From Phoronis australis (Eukaryota; Animalia; Phoronida), in NCBI GenBank assembly GCA_002633005.1, contig NMRA01000737.1:108811-172810 (forward strand): 64,000 nt of DNA. The letters are read 5' to 3'. The translations under genes and the position numbers were made by a program. This document shows, in pieces, positions 36,821 to 52,029 of the stretch. Below the pieces are notes generated by a model. The model worked only from the letters and a program-made list of their open reading frames with translations, searched no databases and was not told where the DNA came from. How positions within the stretch are numbered: the stretch's first letter is position 1; each line of letters opens with the position of its first letter.

Positions 36821-39349
36821 GTAAATGTATTAGGCGTCTTAAGCTAGGAGCAACACAGGTTAGGTACACAAAATTTCAAGATCGGGCGTCTTGTAGGTGC
36901 CGGTTGGGTACAAGTTTGACGCAAGTTAGGCGCCAATAAGGCTTAGGATTGGTGCAGGTTAGCTCTGTCCAATTATGCTGTTTTGGTAAATGTTCAACAT
37001 GTAACTTTACTATACGAAGGATGAAAATGCCCCTGATTTTAGCCAATGAAATTTGACGTCGTCTTGAGAGAAATCTAACGTAAACTAGTTTGATAGCACA
37101 TAATATAAATTGCCACAACACTGGTTGCGAGTTCCCATGACCGTCTGAATTGGGCGCTTTTGCACACATAGGCAGGCACACCTAAGAGTTACCGTTTGGC
37201 GCAGGCATGAGTTCCTTGTCTGTGGACATGTCTTAAATTGTTCTGGGTGTGTGTGCATTTTGTGCCTTCTGATGGTTTATTTCAATCCGTTACTCAACCG
37301 TAGACTGAAAACTCTTGAACTCCTGTTTTATACCGGATCAGCCGACCAACACGCATGTGCCACTGCGTTAACATATAAATGTATGCTCGTCCAAGTCACT
37401 CTGTTGAAAAACATGTATCTAATAAGTTTCTAACATTATTATAATAAATAATTTGGTATAATTATCAAACTTACGAAAACGCATAAGGAATTTTCCACAA
37501 GATTTCATTCAACGTGGACGCCAAAAATGTGTTGCTTGACAACGGTTGAATGTAGCTCTGCCTGCTTTCTTCGATGACGAATAAGTCGAAATTGATGTCT
37601 CTGTGCGCGGTTGGTTAAGTCTTAAAATAACGAAGTTGCTTTATCCAAATACCCAACTTATTTATTCATCCGACATTTCGGCTTGTCAGTGACGCGTAAT
37701 GAGTCTATTGTGCAGTCGGAAGCAGGAGATAAATCTCATCTAGTTTATCGCCGTCAACGGCAATACGGTGACCTCCACGGGAAACCAGGTCGCAAGCTGG
37801 TCGGATAGAGACCGGTACATTTGGCGCCTCCGTTGTTCACAAGCACTTGTCGGTAACTGCCTGATGTACGCCCAAGGTACATGTACGGTACATACAACCT
37901 ATAGTGTTATAGCCAACAAAGACGCAGGAAAGAAAAACAATGGTATGTCCCATATTTCTTAACCTGATACGATGCACTTACGACGGTCGCATGGATGTCG
38001 CAAGTTAAACAATACCTTGCGATCTCTATACGACGTTATTTGGCTTGAATAAGGGAGTCGGTGAAATAACGTGATTTGGTCACACGACTCTCTGCAGTAT
38101 CTAGTCTATGCACGCACAGAACTCGACTTATGTGATGACCATCTATATTTACAAACACTGAATAAGCGTCAGGTAGTTTGTTCAAACGCAATGATGTAGT
38201 TTCTCTCATCATTGTAGTCTTAGTGTGTGTATTCATTTTTTCGATTCGACATTGGCACAGTTTCACATTCCGAACCTTGCGGTAACTGTACTCTTTTTGA
38301 TTCAGTTTATCTCCGTTTTACAAATTCAAACACTGTTTGTACATTTAAATTTCACCCTTTAACCCGAATCTCTTTCGACTTGGCACCAACTGTCTAGCAA
38401 TAGTCTGAATTCATTATAAAAAATATTTCTGAATGTCTTGTCGAGCAATGTAACCCTTGAATGGGGCTAGATCTTTTCTTCAATTCTAGCTGGTAAAGCA
38501 ATGATTCGCTACATGTTCCTTACTTAAAAAGCAGGCATGGTGACCTCCACTGTGGGCAGTCATCTGTTGTGAAAGTCGGTGCCTCCTTGACACTTCCTTG
38601 GGTTCTGACCACCCAGCTCGACTTGAAAACTGCCAATTACGTCCCACACTTCGATTAGATTTTCAAATTATTGGCCAATTTTCGAGACGAGTCCGCCTTA
38701 GCAGCAAAACTTGATAGTTCGCTGGTTCCCTTCGTGTCCGCTAGGGGGGGAAGGGGACGCGCAGCTATCATTGGTTAGCTTTACAACAAAGAAAGAAAAT
38801 GGCGGATTTGGGAACGATTTTTAGCCTTGTCAACATCCTTGTGAGCCACATTTTCTCTACTGCAAATATTTCGTTTATGCAGTTATGTTGAATAGCCGCG
38901 TGCTTGAAGCACATTCAATGTACAATGCACACAGATCTGGCCTATTTAACCTGTGGCTTATTCATACTGTGGGAATACAGGACAGCAACGTTAAGAAAAG
39001 TCAGCGACAGTCGAAAAATGCAAACCGACACACAACTGTAGGATTCACATTTCTTGAACCCATTCCAATTAACCACAGATTTTTCTGTATTACAGACCAC
39101 AAACTACATCCACATTTTACACTTCTTCCATACATTGTAAGTCATGCCAGTTTGTTTACGTAACGCGCTACCTGTTGGCAACTCGACTAGCCAATCAGAA
39201 ACGCCGGTGTAAAGAATTCCCGAGGAAAAAGTTAAATTATACATGCGTGTTCCAACCCTAGGGGACACGCATAGAAGCAGCAATAACTTGATAGTCACGT
39301 GGAATTGAGACCACTGGAGTTATTGCAATCCTTTTATTTGTTTTTGAAG

Positions 39350-39542
39350 GAATTTGACTTCGTAAAACGTGGCTCCAGCACCCTGTTAAGAGTGGCATTC
39401 TCTGGAAATACACGGTTGCGGACGAAATTCAGATGTAATCGTTGGTATTTCACCTTTAATGGCGAAGAGTGTTCGAATCCTGGTAAAATCGAGGCCACCG
39501 TGTACCAGAACTCGAACGACAACATGCTGAAACCCATGTATT
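39350..39542 (+). CDS. CTHRC1: CTHRC1-like gene B, internal exon
   Basis: GAAG|GAA...T|GTAAGT, 193 nt (same length as in gene A); EFDFVKRGSSTLLRVAFSGNTRLRTKFRCNRWYFTFNGEECSNPGKIEATVYQ. Confidence 0.94.
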
Positions 39543-39625
39543 GTAAGTTTTGAGAAGCTTTCAGAAATAATTACTTCGTTCTTTTATACCTGATAGATGA
39601 CTAACATGTACAATATTTAACCTAC

Positions 39626-39700
39626 TGTGTACTGTCAAGTATCAGGGACCTATGGTGTACTGTCAAGAATCAGGAACCTGTTGTGTACTGTCAAGTATCG
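39626..39700. repeat. 28-bp tandem repeat x2.6 in an intron of gene B
   Basis: GTGTACTGTCAAG(T/A)ATC... occurs three times. Confidence 0.85.
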
Positions 39701-40136
39701 ACGAATGCCAGAATTCAATCAAAAGTAATCCCAATAACATGATTCAAGGACCCGTTTTAATCGCTATGATATACGTGTATTTGCTATAATCTTGTTCTCT
39801 GTACTTCCTCTTTCCGTAAATAGCCTCTATGTTGAGAATTACTGTCAGACTTCCTTGTGGTGAACAAAAAAGAGTAGCTAACGATAACCTACTTGTCTAC
39901 CAAGTGGATAGCGTCTTTTGGAAAGTGATTTAGTGAAAAACGATAAAAATTAAAACCCCTTACCCCTGCACATGTGTGTTCTTCGTCTGTCAACAAAAAT
40001 GCAAGCGAAAACGCTAGAAGGTTCTGGGATTACTCAAACCCCCAAAAAGTGTCAGCAGAAGTGGCCCTTACGTTCATTCACATTACGGACGTTTTTTGCT
40101 GATAGAGAAAAAGCTATCGTTTTAGCCAGCACGTGA

Positions 40137-40313
<177 letters not shown>

Positions 40314-41167
40314 TGAGATTTGTATATGTCAGTACATTCTTCGTAAAATATTGACTTTTACGCTTGACTCAACAAAAAAACCCTCAATCACCAAGGGACC
40401 GACACAGTTTAGTTGCTTCGACTTGTTTATTTCATAAGTGAGTCTACGGTGGACCAAGCCTTGTCGTGGCCTACTGAGAAAACCTCGTGAAAAAATATGG
40501 ATTTTGATTTTTGTAATTCTGTTATTAAAAACTGTCAACAGCCAACCATAATATTGGCGAACCAGATTTCACTTGCGACACAAAATGGCTATACGTATTT
40601 GAGAGTTTGGTGTTGTAAGTCCAAGGGTTTGTTTCATGAAACATGACTTAAGTCGTAATACTAAAATTTGGTCTAATGCTCCACATACACTGTAACTATT
40701 TCTGAAAAACAAATTAAACCTCACTTAGATGAAAGAGCAAAATTTCTGGGAATTTTCACAGAACAGCTACAATGTAGTTACTGAGAAAATTTCTATTTAT
40801 AATTTCTGTCACTCACTAGTAATTACTTAGATAAATATTTTCGACAATTGTGAATTGGGAGCTAAGACAAAATTCCTGTCTTCAGTCTTACGTCACTTTT
40901 ATTGAACAATTCCCCATACACTGTATCGGCTTCTGTATGTAAATGTATCTTTGTGCAGTGTGGCCTTCTGAGTGGAAAGTGAACGCATACTTGTCAAATA
41001 TCATAAATTTTCACTTTAAGAAGTGAAACGCCGTTTCCGACCAGCGAACACTTAAAACAAGGAGATAAAACAGTTTCATTTAAGAAAATAGTCTTGAATT
41101 GTATCCGGGTAGAATTATAGAGAAAGAAGCATTCTTTCTATATTGACAGTTAGTGCGCATTGTAACT

Positions 41168-41322
41168 TACGGAAGCTCAGTAATGCCATTTTGAAATGAA
41201 GAAAACTATTTTTAATCTGATCTGACGGCTGCCACATAATAAAGTGACGGCTATTTATCTGGCAGCTGTCGGATAATAAAATAGTTTTCTTCTCTTCAAA
41301 ATAGCCCTATTGGACTTCCGTA
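41168..41322. repeat. Imperfect fold-back palindrome (~70-bp arms)
   Basis: TACGGAAG..TTTTGAA..GAAGAAAACTATTTT..TCTGACGGCTGCCA pairs with TGGCAGCTGTCGGA..AAAATAGTTTTCTTC..TTCAAAA..CTTCCGTA. Confidence 0.85.
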
Positions 41323-44300
41323 GTAACTTTTTAGATATCAAAAGAAAAAATGCAAAGTTGTGGTTGAGTAGTCTCGTATCCTATTTTTGCTACCATTGGA
41401 GTCTACTGAACATATCTGGCTTTTGGATTCTAGTGAAAATAGGCCGGTTGTGATCACCATGCCTACTGACAACACTTTGTTTTGGTTTATAGTAGGCCTA
41501 CAGATTACATTCTATTTTCATTTTCCATAAAAGTTATCCGATAAGGAACAGCATGCAATGAAAATCACTGGGCAGCAAATCAAGTAATATTTGTGTCAGT
41601 CAGAAAATTACAGAAAATGAGAGAAATTAGAGGCGTACTGAAATGTTGAACTGTACATTTATTTCGGACCCGTAGTTCAATACGGCCTCGTTTTTGAGTT
41701 GTTCACCACACTCTATTGATAGTAGAAGCTGGGATCTAGACAAGAGTGAGCCCTTGGTCTGCTTGGCAAAAAATTAGAGGAGTAAGCATTGTACAAAATA
41801 TCAATGTTGACCATTTTTGTAAATTTATCTTGGGACGTGAAAGTCTTTTGATTTTTTAAAATTTACGCCCTGTCCTGGAAAGAAGTTTCGATCCTATGTC
41901 ATTCGATTGCAACTCGGGATATCGCGTGAGCTAACGACGTGGGCGTTCTTTTATCAAGGCACATTTATGAGAACGACCAAAATGTCAACGAAAAACTTCA
42001 GTCACCAGTCTTATTTACATAGGTTAAACTGTTGCAATGTTAAGTTTGATGAATAAAGTTTTACTCGCTCAGGAGAGCAGATCTTTTAACTGTGGCTTAA
42101 ATGACCAGTGGCCGTTTGCATGATACAGTTTGAACACTGACTCAATTTTGTTAACCTAATATTCAGCGCATTTGTAGACTGTGTTGACTCACTAAACTAT
42201 TGAGTGCCACCATTGAGCTTGGAAATTCTTTGTTGCGGCCACCATAACCGTTGGAGCGCGTATACTGGGCTAACGCACATCCAGATTTTAGATCTGCGCC
42301 TGCTCAGCTGACTCATTCAGTCCTGAATTGCAGTTGAAATGGGCATGCTGGGCCGACGGATTTTGCGGTTAATACCCTTTTATTTCATGCAGCGATAAGC
42401 GCTAAAATGTCCTCTTGCGTTAGTGTGCCTCGCACGCAACGCATTGTTATGAATACAAAGTAAATATGTGTTTTTGTCACAATCCTCATACCAAAGAGCC
42501 TCTGGTAGAAGCCCGAGCACATATGTGGCGTCTTTTATTAAAAACCCGGCGTTTACGAACTAAAATTACGAAGACCAATAGAAAAATTGCCTTTGGTAAT
42601 CGTTCGTTCCAAGGTCGTGACAAAGTATTACATGCAATCATTGTTTAGTCGATATGCAGCGTCCAAACAAAAGGACAGATTCGACTTGTATTAGAGTCGC
42701 CGGGGCGAAATTCAGAAACCCGACTTCTATTGGGGATCAGTCGTTTATTATTTCAGGGTACCAATTCCCTTGTTTCTATTATAGAGAGGCTTTTATTAGA
42801 AACCTAACCTACCATATTACAAACGTTATGCTGTAATCTCATGGGTTCGTCATTTACAAACGTTCCCGAATGCGAGTCCAAAGGCTTATAATCGAAAGTA
42901 ACAACGCTTTACCTTTTCGGATACTAGGCAAGACACTTTTCCTGTGTTTTATACCATTCTGTATAATAAACACTCAAAAAATATTAAAGTGTGAACTGGC
43001 TGAAACCGCAGACGTCTATAGCATGTAAGTTCATGCTAAGACCACTCCATTCCATAAAAAGGCAAGCAGCTCCACACCGTGCAGCAATTTTCGCTGGTGG
43101 ATTTGGAATGTGACATGAGGAGAAAAATGATTGTGTAAAGTTTAAAAACAACATGTTAGCGGCATTTTCTGCTTCGTTTTAGTTCGCGTCCTCTTGGCCA
43201 ACCAATTGAGGTAAAACATATGCTTCCCGGGAAAATGCTGAATTTTCTACTCTCCAAAGAACTCCATTGTGTCTTTATAAACGGAAATTTAGGGTTCCTT
43301 CCTGCAGCGTGATCTTTCTTTCGGTCGCTGTATTGGACCAGTCATGATTACTCATTCAGTAAGGCACGTGATACAGTTCCTATGGAGCACGAGTAACAAT
43401 GCAGTGTAAGCACTCTGCGATGTTCCTATACTGAAAGCACGATTCTGGAGCTTAGGCGACAATTCCGAGCTAATGGTTATATTTCCTAAATATGTTGCTA
43501 TACTCTTGACCGGAAAAGGTTCCGCTTTCCTCCAAGTTAAATGTCATTTTCATGCGTCCATCTCCGACTTTTGTAACAAAGAAGCCTACCATCAACTTAA
43601 AAACATTACGCTCGTGAAAGATGCTAGCGAAATTTGCTAAGTTCTTGCGACATCTTTCGGGAGATAATAAGAAAACTTAGCAGAATCAAAATTCGCTCAG
43701 GAATTCTATGTGGTGTTAGTAAAATGCTAAAGCATATAACGAAGTGCAACCAATTTCGGCAATTTGTTACGGACAACTGATTGAATGAAGAAAAGTTGAT
43801 TGACGAATCGGCAAAAAAGAAAGAAGCCAAAAGGTGACGTTCTATTTCATGGGGCTGAATACCGACGCATATCATCACTCCACCGAGTTAGCAGCAGAAT
43901 AACGGTGTAACAGTATTTTAACACGGATAACCTATTTGTTCTACTCAAGGAAAAGTGTAATCTTTAACGAAATTAGTTTTGTGCCATATTTTATTTCGAT
44001 TTTTACACCAACATTTTTACAGTTTCGTAACAAAGTTAGAGAAAAACGTCCTACAGCTTAGATCCACATGTTCTACTTAGTGACGTAAGAGGCTGTTATT
44101 GAGGCATTTAGGCAGGAGATGTATCAGCGTGCAATAGCAAGTGGTGAAATCGACAAAGCAGGGTTTACTGTCCTTCTGAAATTGGAGACCACTGTGGAGA
44201 AGTTCATGCACCGATGTTAATTTAATGAACAAGTAGAACGTTATCGACTTGAAACATACATGTACATGTGCGGTAAATAGACATCCTGGAGGAAACGAAA

Positions 44301-45762
44301 CAAGGTCACAGTGACCTTTTGACGCTCAATGTACAGTGGAAAGAGGATCTTTGGATAAAAAACAATACGCGTAATTGAAGGAAGGCGATTATCGCTTAGT
44401 TGTGGATGCACGAGAGAGCGTGGTTGTAACTGATATGACGCAACCCCTATATTCGATTACATTAATTTTGAAGCTGTGCTTACTAGTCACGTGCATCCGG
44501 ATAAGCACATGCGTCTGTACGTGAATCAGGGCACAAGTGAAAATTCAATTTAATTCTGGTTAAAATTTAAACACACTAAGTCCATCACAAGTGCTAGTTT
44601 CCGACAATAGAAATGTGTACACTGTAGGTCTACATGCTATGTTTATAATTTTCCAGGCCTGTTTTAAACGGCAAGTAGACTTTCCTGCCGCGTGCGCCTG
44701 GGTTCTGCTCGCGCACGAAATTTTTTCGCACACAATAGCTCCCTCCTGCGGATGCATGTTCCTCATCTCAAGTCACTTTTCGAGGCTCGCAAAGATAATT
44801 CTTTGCTCGCGCACAGACCAACCCTGAGACCACGCGATGCTGTATATAGCTCACCAGTCCGTTCAGGGACAAATCCGAATATTCTCATGTTTTCCAATAA
44901 GTTAAATATCATAAAAATAGACGTTTTCTTTTATTGCTTACTGTGAGTGTTACTGTTGTCAAATTTCATTGAGAAAATTATCAATTCTTTGTCAATACTC
45001 TTGTTCACGGTAACACGAGGACAATCGAGCACGCTCAGTTGAAATGTTTCAATAATCACGCCACAATTGATATACCAAGACTTTCATTTCATTATTACTG
45101 TTTATCTAGTAATTTTATTGTTGCTATATTATCACATACTTAGTTTCATCTATTTATTCATTATTATTTTCATTCGCTATTATTTATTTAAATTATTCAT
45201 TAAAGTTGCTCACAATCAACATAGTGGCTGTCGTCTGTCAACAATCTAATTTCAAAATATTATAGTAATGAACACCCCAAGAAACTTACTGATTAAGTTG
45301 CAGTAATTGGTGCACTGTGTTGCTCTTCTTTACAAATCATTGATCAGCACTGGTTATTTTGTCTGATGTACGCTCACCTATGTGGTTATAGTCGACATAA
45401 TTTGGACACTACTTCAGCATTTCATGAGCCCCCAATATTTCCTTGACTGTCAATAATTGGTCAAAGAGACTTCGCAACAGTTATGATTGGGATTAGCCAG
45501 CATCACTTTTTGGGCGAATTGAAGAGCTGTGCTATCCCGTTTTCAACGAAATAGGGCTTGTCCAAGTATATTGTCAGTATTGAACAGTATGCAACTAAAC
45601 ATGACACAGAGATGAGTCGTGTTTTAGTGCCAGGTTGACTTCAGTTCGAGAAACATGTTTATTTTTGTCATGGTATGGACTTCATTGGCATAATAAATTT
45701 TAATTGCATGGTTTGGTAACCTGCTCGATAATTTGTCTCAGGAAGTGTTGTAGGAACTGTTC

Positions 45763-47847
45763 AGAAAACTCTTAACTGCAAATTTCGGATAAATATTTGG
45801 AGTTATTAATTATCACATTTTCCAACTGATTGCACCCACCTTATTTTTTATTGTATAATAAGGTTTGTATCAAACGGCACCAAAGATCCAATTAATATAA
45901 AAAGATGAGTAATTTTGGACAAATAGCTGATTAAATTCCTCACAACAACTGTCGTTTCAGAGCAGCAATCTTTTGAATTATTGAACTTATTTCCCGCTGT
46001 AGGTTTGCAGGGAAGCTGCCTCGCCATCTATCGTTTTTAACTGGAAACCAAAATTGCCGAAATTAAAAGTCACCTTGCAAAATTAGTTTGCTCTACTTTC
46101 TGAATACTGGAAGCAGACATTTGGATATTCTGTACCATCGACTGTTTTGTTATCTATTACACAAGCGCCCTGGGCCCACGGTCTACTTTTCTACTCGAAA
46201 CCGAACTTAAATGTCTTTCTACTTTACTAGGCCATCGTGTGACTAGCGCGTAGAATAGTCAATAGAAGGCGCTGGCTACAAATACAATCTCAACTAAGCA
46301 ACAGGTGGTCTCAAGTGAGTCACTTATATTATCTGAAGAACATTAGGTTGTAATATCTTCTTATTGTTATTGATTAAAATTAGTTTTTCCTCCTCCCGGC
46401 CTAGTCTCAAATACTGACACTGGTTTTTTGGAATTTACATTTTGGTGGAATAGTATGCGAAAAACTCACAACAAATGAACTTTCCGTATTCCGTAGTTTT
46501 AGCTTTTCTATCTAATCTAACTGTTTATTTAACGATATGCGTTTCACATTTTTCACACGAAGACTCCAGCGGACGTTTAATAACACATCTGGCAAGGGAT
46601 CGAGTTACAGCACCCCTGCTTTAGAAGTTCAAACCCGTCTAAAATTAAGTGTCACGCATAAACCTTAATAAAAGAGACCTACTTCCAGGATGTGCGGTTC
46701 AGGTCAACGTCATGTAATTCGCTAGTTTCCAGACTTGTCAAGCATAGTAAAAGAATGGTCGTGAAAGTTAAGTTACTGTTGTTTCTACTGCTCGGGATTT
46801 ATCAAAAGTATAGCCATGCAGAGGTAAGCCTACCTACGTCTACATGTAAATGTAGGCACCGTTAACTGATACCATATTAGTTCTAAAATGGTGATGATTA
46901 ATACGCTTTTTAAACAATGCTCACGCGTAGTCATGGGCTTCAAGTTTAGTTGGTTCACTGCTCAACACTCCCAAGGTGTCATTGGCGTAGGGAGAAAATG
47001 GGTTGGAAAAAGGGTTCGTGACCATTGTAAAAAAAATTATCTGGCGTGCGCGTGTGAACTTGCCATTTTGAATGCTTCTGTTTGCGCCTGTGTAAAATAT
47101 GGCATCTACCTGTCAAAAGACGCCACACAGGCTGCTAATCCCAGTATGCAATTTCTGTTACCACTTTTTATAAAAGTGAAAATCACTGATTTAACTTTGT
47201 CGGGTATTTTGTGGTGCACACAAGAAATTCAGAAGTCAAATTTTAAATTGTTTTTTAAGTTGGAGCATCATGGCTATTTTGTAAAGTTTTGGTTTAAAGA
47301 GCTTCAGTAAGAAAATACATTTAAAAGGTTTTACTTAAAAACAGGAAAGAAAAAATGAAGTCTTGATCGTGCTTATGTAGACATTTAAACTCTCTATCAA
47401 GAGACAGTCTTTCCGTCAGTAACCTTCATGGGATCACCAGTATTCGGTAAATTTGCCCAATTTTTGTATTTTAGCTATTTTTGAGGTGCTCAGGGGGTCA
47501 GTTTAAGCGGTGCTGGCGATTTTAGGTAATATTTTCGAACAGTTTGCTGTCTGACTAAAAATGAAAAGTAAAAGTTGGGCTTTTTGTTTGTTTCCAATGA
47601 ACAAGCGGTGGAAAGAACATACCATCGCGTATTTCACACCGTGTCCTTGAGTAGTCTGCAGCTGCAGCTCATGAACCTCACCATGGACTTCATTATTTTT
47701 GCAAATATGCCACTAGGGGCCTGAAATAAGTTGACGTCAGTTGTTAAATGGTTTGCCTACTGCTGCCCCCCGGGTAGCATTTTGTATAACTAGATTTCTT
47801 TGGTGAAATGTGGCCAATTGTTTCCATCTATAAAATAGTAGCACATG
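45763..47847 (+). repeat. ~2.1-kb direct repeat, copy 2, truncated at the contig join
   Basis: Matches 27742-29801 up to the N at 47848. Confidence 0.92.
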
Positions 47848-50800
47848 NCTTTAAAGTCACAATGAACCCCACATCGGCGGATACTTTGGTACATGTCTAC
47901 TACATTGGAACACATTGTTACACTCAGCGATGAAGCTGTTTGTTTTGATTTTTGTTTTGACACGGGTTTTAAAACACCAGGTCGGGAAATAAGACATTCT
48001 CGTGTTATTTGTTTTGAGGTTGGACACTGTTTAGCCGCCGATGTAGGCCTGAATATGCTTTTAACTAACTGATGATAATCGAGTTAATAAAATGTGAGTA
48101 GATAAAAACGACTTTTTCCTGGTTTGCGAGAACTGGAAGGCACCAGAAAACTTTCCCCTAGAAGGACTGTGTATTCAATAGGTATGTCGATTTGGATTTT
48201 TCAGGGCGTAACATGCAGCATAGCTTTACTGGACTGTAGGCTGGAATTCCATCCCTCACTGGCTTCCAACCTTTCGAAATTATAACGAGAGGTAATCAAC
48301 AAACACAGAAAATATCAATAATACCAAAACAAAGGCTGTTATGGGAAATGCGAATGCAAATACAGGAATGAGGTCAAAGTTCGAAGTAGCAATCGTCCCG
48401 CAGTTGCGCCAATTTCACTATCCACACCCCACCCCCAATCGCTGCCCATTTCAGACATGGTCCCATCAAGAACGGGTCCAGGGGTTTCAAGCCCCCTGCT
48501 CGAACGTAGAATGTCGTAAAGTGTAAATTTTCGAAACAAGGATCTGGTAAGTGGTTAGTTTTTGGACACTGGCTTGGGAAACATTTGATGGTTGTGGTGG
48601 GATGCGGAGAAAGGCTGTTAAATTTTCTACTTTATTTTAAGACCAAGTTTTTTGATTAAGTGTTACTTATTAACGTCCGGAATTTTGGGAAGATGGAAAG
48701 CTCAATAGTCACCGCTCCCCCCTAGCATTTTGGTTGAGGGGGCGCTTGCCTCCTCCCCCGCTTCCCATGCCTATGTTGGAAAGAAATACAGTGTTTTGCT
48801 ACTACTTTCAAAAGATTAGCTATGTTATGTTTAGTACATCCCAGAATTCCGTGCAGAATCAGCACCAGCCTACCATCCAATCGCCCACTTCCACCCGGTA
48901 CCTCCCGATTAATCANTATACGCATTCTTCAGTTGATTGTTCATATTCTATAGTCTCAAAATCTTAAGCAAAAGACACTTCACAATTTTGAATTTGACAA
49001 AATAAAATTGGTCATGGTAGTCTGTCTTCCGTAGGAGCACACGACAGCTAGGTGTCGCCACGGCCACTAAACCAGTAATGGGGGCGACCAAGGCGACTAT
49101 CCTTCCTATCGTCCTTGGGTGAACTGCATGTTAACAGATTATCGTTCCACAACAGTTTGCTAATAATGTCTTCCCCGATAAAACGCGAATATCCATACCC
49201 GATTTCAAGACTAACGCAGCGACAATGCTCTGCTGTAAGACAAATGTTTAATTTTACGCAACGCCGCATCACGAATTGACTCACAAGAGTTTTGACTCAT
49301 ATCCCCATCGGTCTGACGTCATGTAAAGAGGAAAAACTACACGCTTACGCCACGTTGACGAAGGCAGAAATAATTAGCAACCGTTTGTCTGTTACTATTG
49401 GAGTGGCTATAAACCTGCTGTTTTACGAAAATATATGCAATGAATGCACATTCCTTTTTTCCCTGCAGCTTGCAAGACCGTGAAACGGAGAGAGACCAGG
49501 GACCCGTTAAATGACTTTCTCTGTCTTGACTTAGACCGAGATTGGAATAACTCAACACCAAAGTGTTTTAGCCCCGTTTCAGGAAATTTCATAGACCAAG
49601 TACAATTCATAAAAAAATACAGAGGGCGCAACAAATAACGCAAGGATAGCTAGCAAACAAATGAATAACAAATATCAAAAGTATAAAGAACTTGCAAATA
49701 CAAGAATGTAAATAAAAAATGTCATAGAAATGAGAATCAAATGATTTCCAATTTTCACCACGAAAATCCAGAAATCAATAAACGGACAATATTATGTAGC
49801 TATGGAAATGAGGTCTCATTCAGTTCATGAGGCATTCAAACTTATGATACGATTTAAGGAACCGATGTCTTTCATGCATACTGGCGGTTAGGGCAAGCAC
49901 CAATCGGTTAGATTTTTAGGATGATCCTTGCAGTTAATCGTCTTGTACAGCCACATATGACGTCGCACGCATGCTGGACATTCCACTCACAGAAAGCAAA
50001 CGGCTTATCGCTGCCGTTAATCAAACGAGAAGCTGAAACTTAAATACAACCGGTGCATAGTAATGTGACCGGTTCGCAGTAGCGGTGGGCTTCAGATACT
50101 CAGCTGAGCAAAACCTCAGAATTCACTACGTAACATATCATCAATACACTCTTAATTCTGAACTTTTTCACAGTACAGAGCATTATTTGTTACAAACCTA
50201 TCTGTTCGTATGATTTTACTTAACGTTCATTAATAGGCTAAATCAGCGATTAACTCGGTTTAGGCCATAGTCCCAGCTCCCCTAGCTTTCACCTCCGTGG
50301 CCATTTTCTGGGGGCAACGGGAACTTTGCATTAAACCCATCTACAGATGTTCAAAAGCCAATTTCAAAAAGTTCCCAAGAATACACTTGCAGGTTTAGTT
50401 AGAATTTTAATTTAAAAGTTGGAAAAATATAACCTCAACTAATGTGTTAACCACCAGGTGTCAGTGCAAAATGATCCGAACAACCAATCAAATGCCAGAG
50501 AGGTGTCCATACCTTTCCCCTTCAAAAGTCGTCTGCTTGGCATGAAAACATTCGTCAGAGGACAGTCAGCTAATGTTATTCTGCTGGCTTAGCTAGCTTG
50601 TTTACTGCTACTGACTTCATTCGATAGTATCAATTCCTGGATAGGTGTGCAAGTAATAGGCAATTACCAAGGACGAAGGCTCAAAAACCAGCAGGCAGCA
50701 ATTAGAAATTGAGGAAAGCCAAATCAAGTGGCCACAAGTGTCATCGTACTGAGACAATTCTTGGCACATTCCTGAATCATTTTGTGTTACGCAAAGAACA

Positions 50801-52029
50801 GTTTTGGGACAGCTAGGACTCTGCTGAAACCATGAATTATTGAACGAGTGTACGACTTCACAATAGACTGGCATGATGTCTGCCCCGTGCAGAATTCATG
50901 TGTCAGGTTCTGCTCAGATTTCTGAGCTGGAATTTTCAGATATTACCTGGTCTAAGGCTACTGCAAACAAATGTATCAACATTGAATGTAAGAGAAGTAT
51001 CATTGCTGATAAGTTTTAAAATTTAAAAAAATAGAAGTCTTGTCATGCGCGCACCCAGGGGAGGGAGGAGGGGCCCGGGGCTTGAACGATTCTCCCCCAT
51101 TTGGTTAAGAGGGTAAAAAGGTCAGCCCCAGAGAAACAAAAACTCCGAAACAGTAGAAAACGAGACAAAAGCTCACTAAAAAGGCAGGAACTACTAAAAT
51201 TCGGTGAACGCACAATTCATAGCTCTGAAGTACCCCGTGAATCTTAATAAGAGTCCACATTCTCAAAAACTCGAGCCCCCCATTTTTAGGCTTGAAGCGC
51301 ACACGCTTCTATCACTAGCAGTGTTACAGACAGATATAACAAAAATTGAAAGAACTCTTTAAAAAAAGGAGAGACCAAGCTGGTGATGGAAATAATGTTG
51401 TGTCCACGAGAAAATTAAGGAGATTGTCACTGTCAGTTAAGTGTACATTTAACAGTGATCAAAGAAATAAACGGTATGTTTGCCACCACAATGAACCATT
51501 TGCCACAAATCAAATTTCATCACAGGGGAACTTCACACACAAAATAAAAGTTGAAAACCTATACTAGTTCCAAACATTCAATACGTGCAGTTGTAATGCT
51601 TTATTGAATCAGTATCCATGTATGTACAAATAAAACTTTTATGTTACAATTTTCATGGCAATGTTACCTATATTGGGTTATTTTGACTTTTTCAATTGAT
51701 TATAAATGCCTGAATTACTGTACCTGAATTACCCTTCTGCGAGTGGGTTCACAGAAGAAGTTGGGCACAAATCCTCTCCCCAAAGATACACCCACTGAGG
51801 ATCAGCTGAAAGGTATGCGGAATGATGTTTGCCGTAGTGAGCTGATTATGAGGTCTTCTCAGAGGACCTTTTCGGCGGCTGGAAGGTTACTGGACAGAGG
51901 GAACCTCCATTGACAGAACGCGAAGCACCTCACTATATTCACCCAGCTGTTCTGTTGTGCAGAGCATAATATTGCGGTTTCTAAGCAGCTTGACGTCAGG
52001 TGCATAAAATTTCAGTGGCAGGCGGGTTG

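Noticed and set aside
48330-48526. Pro/Ser-rich open frames in the small contig between N47848 and N48916
   Set aside because: No domain motif and no consistent splice structure.
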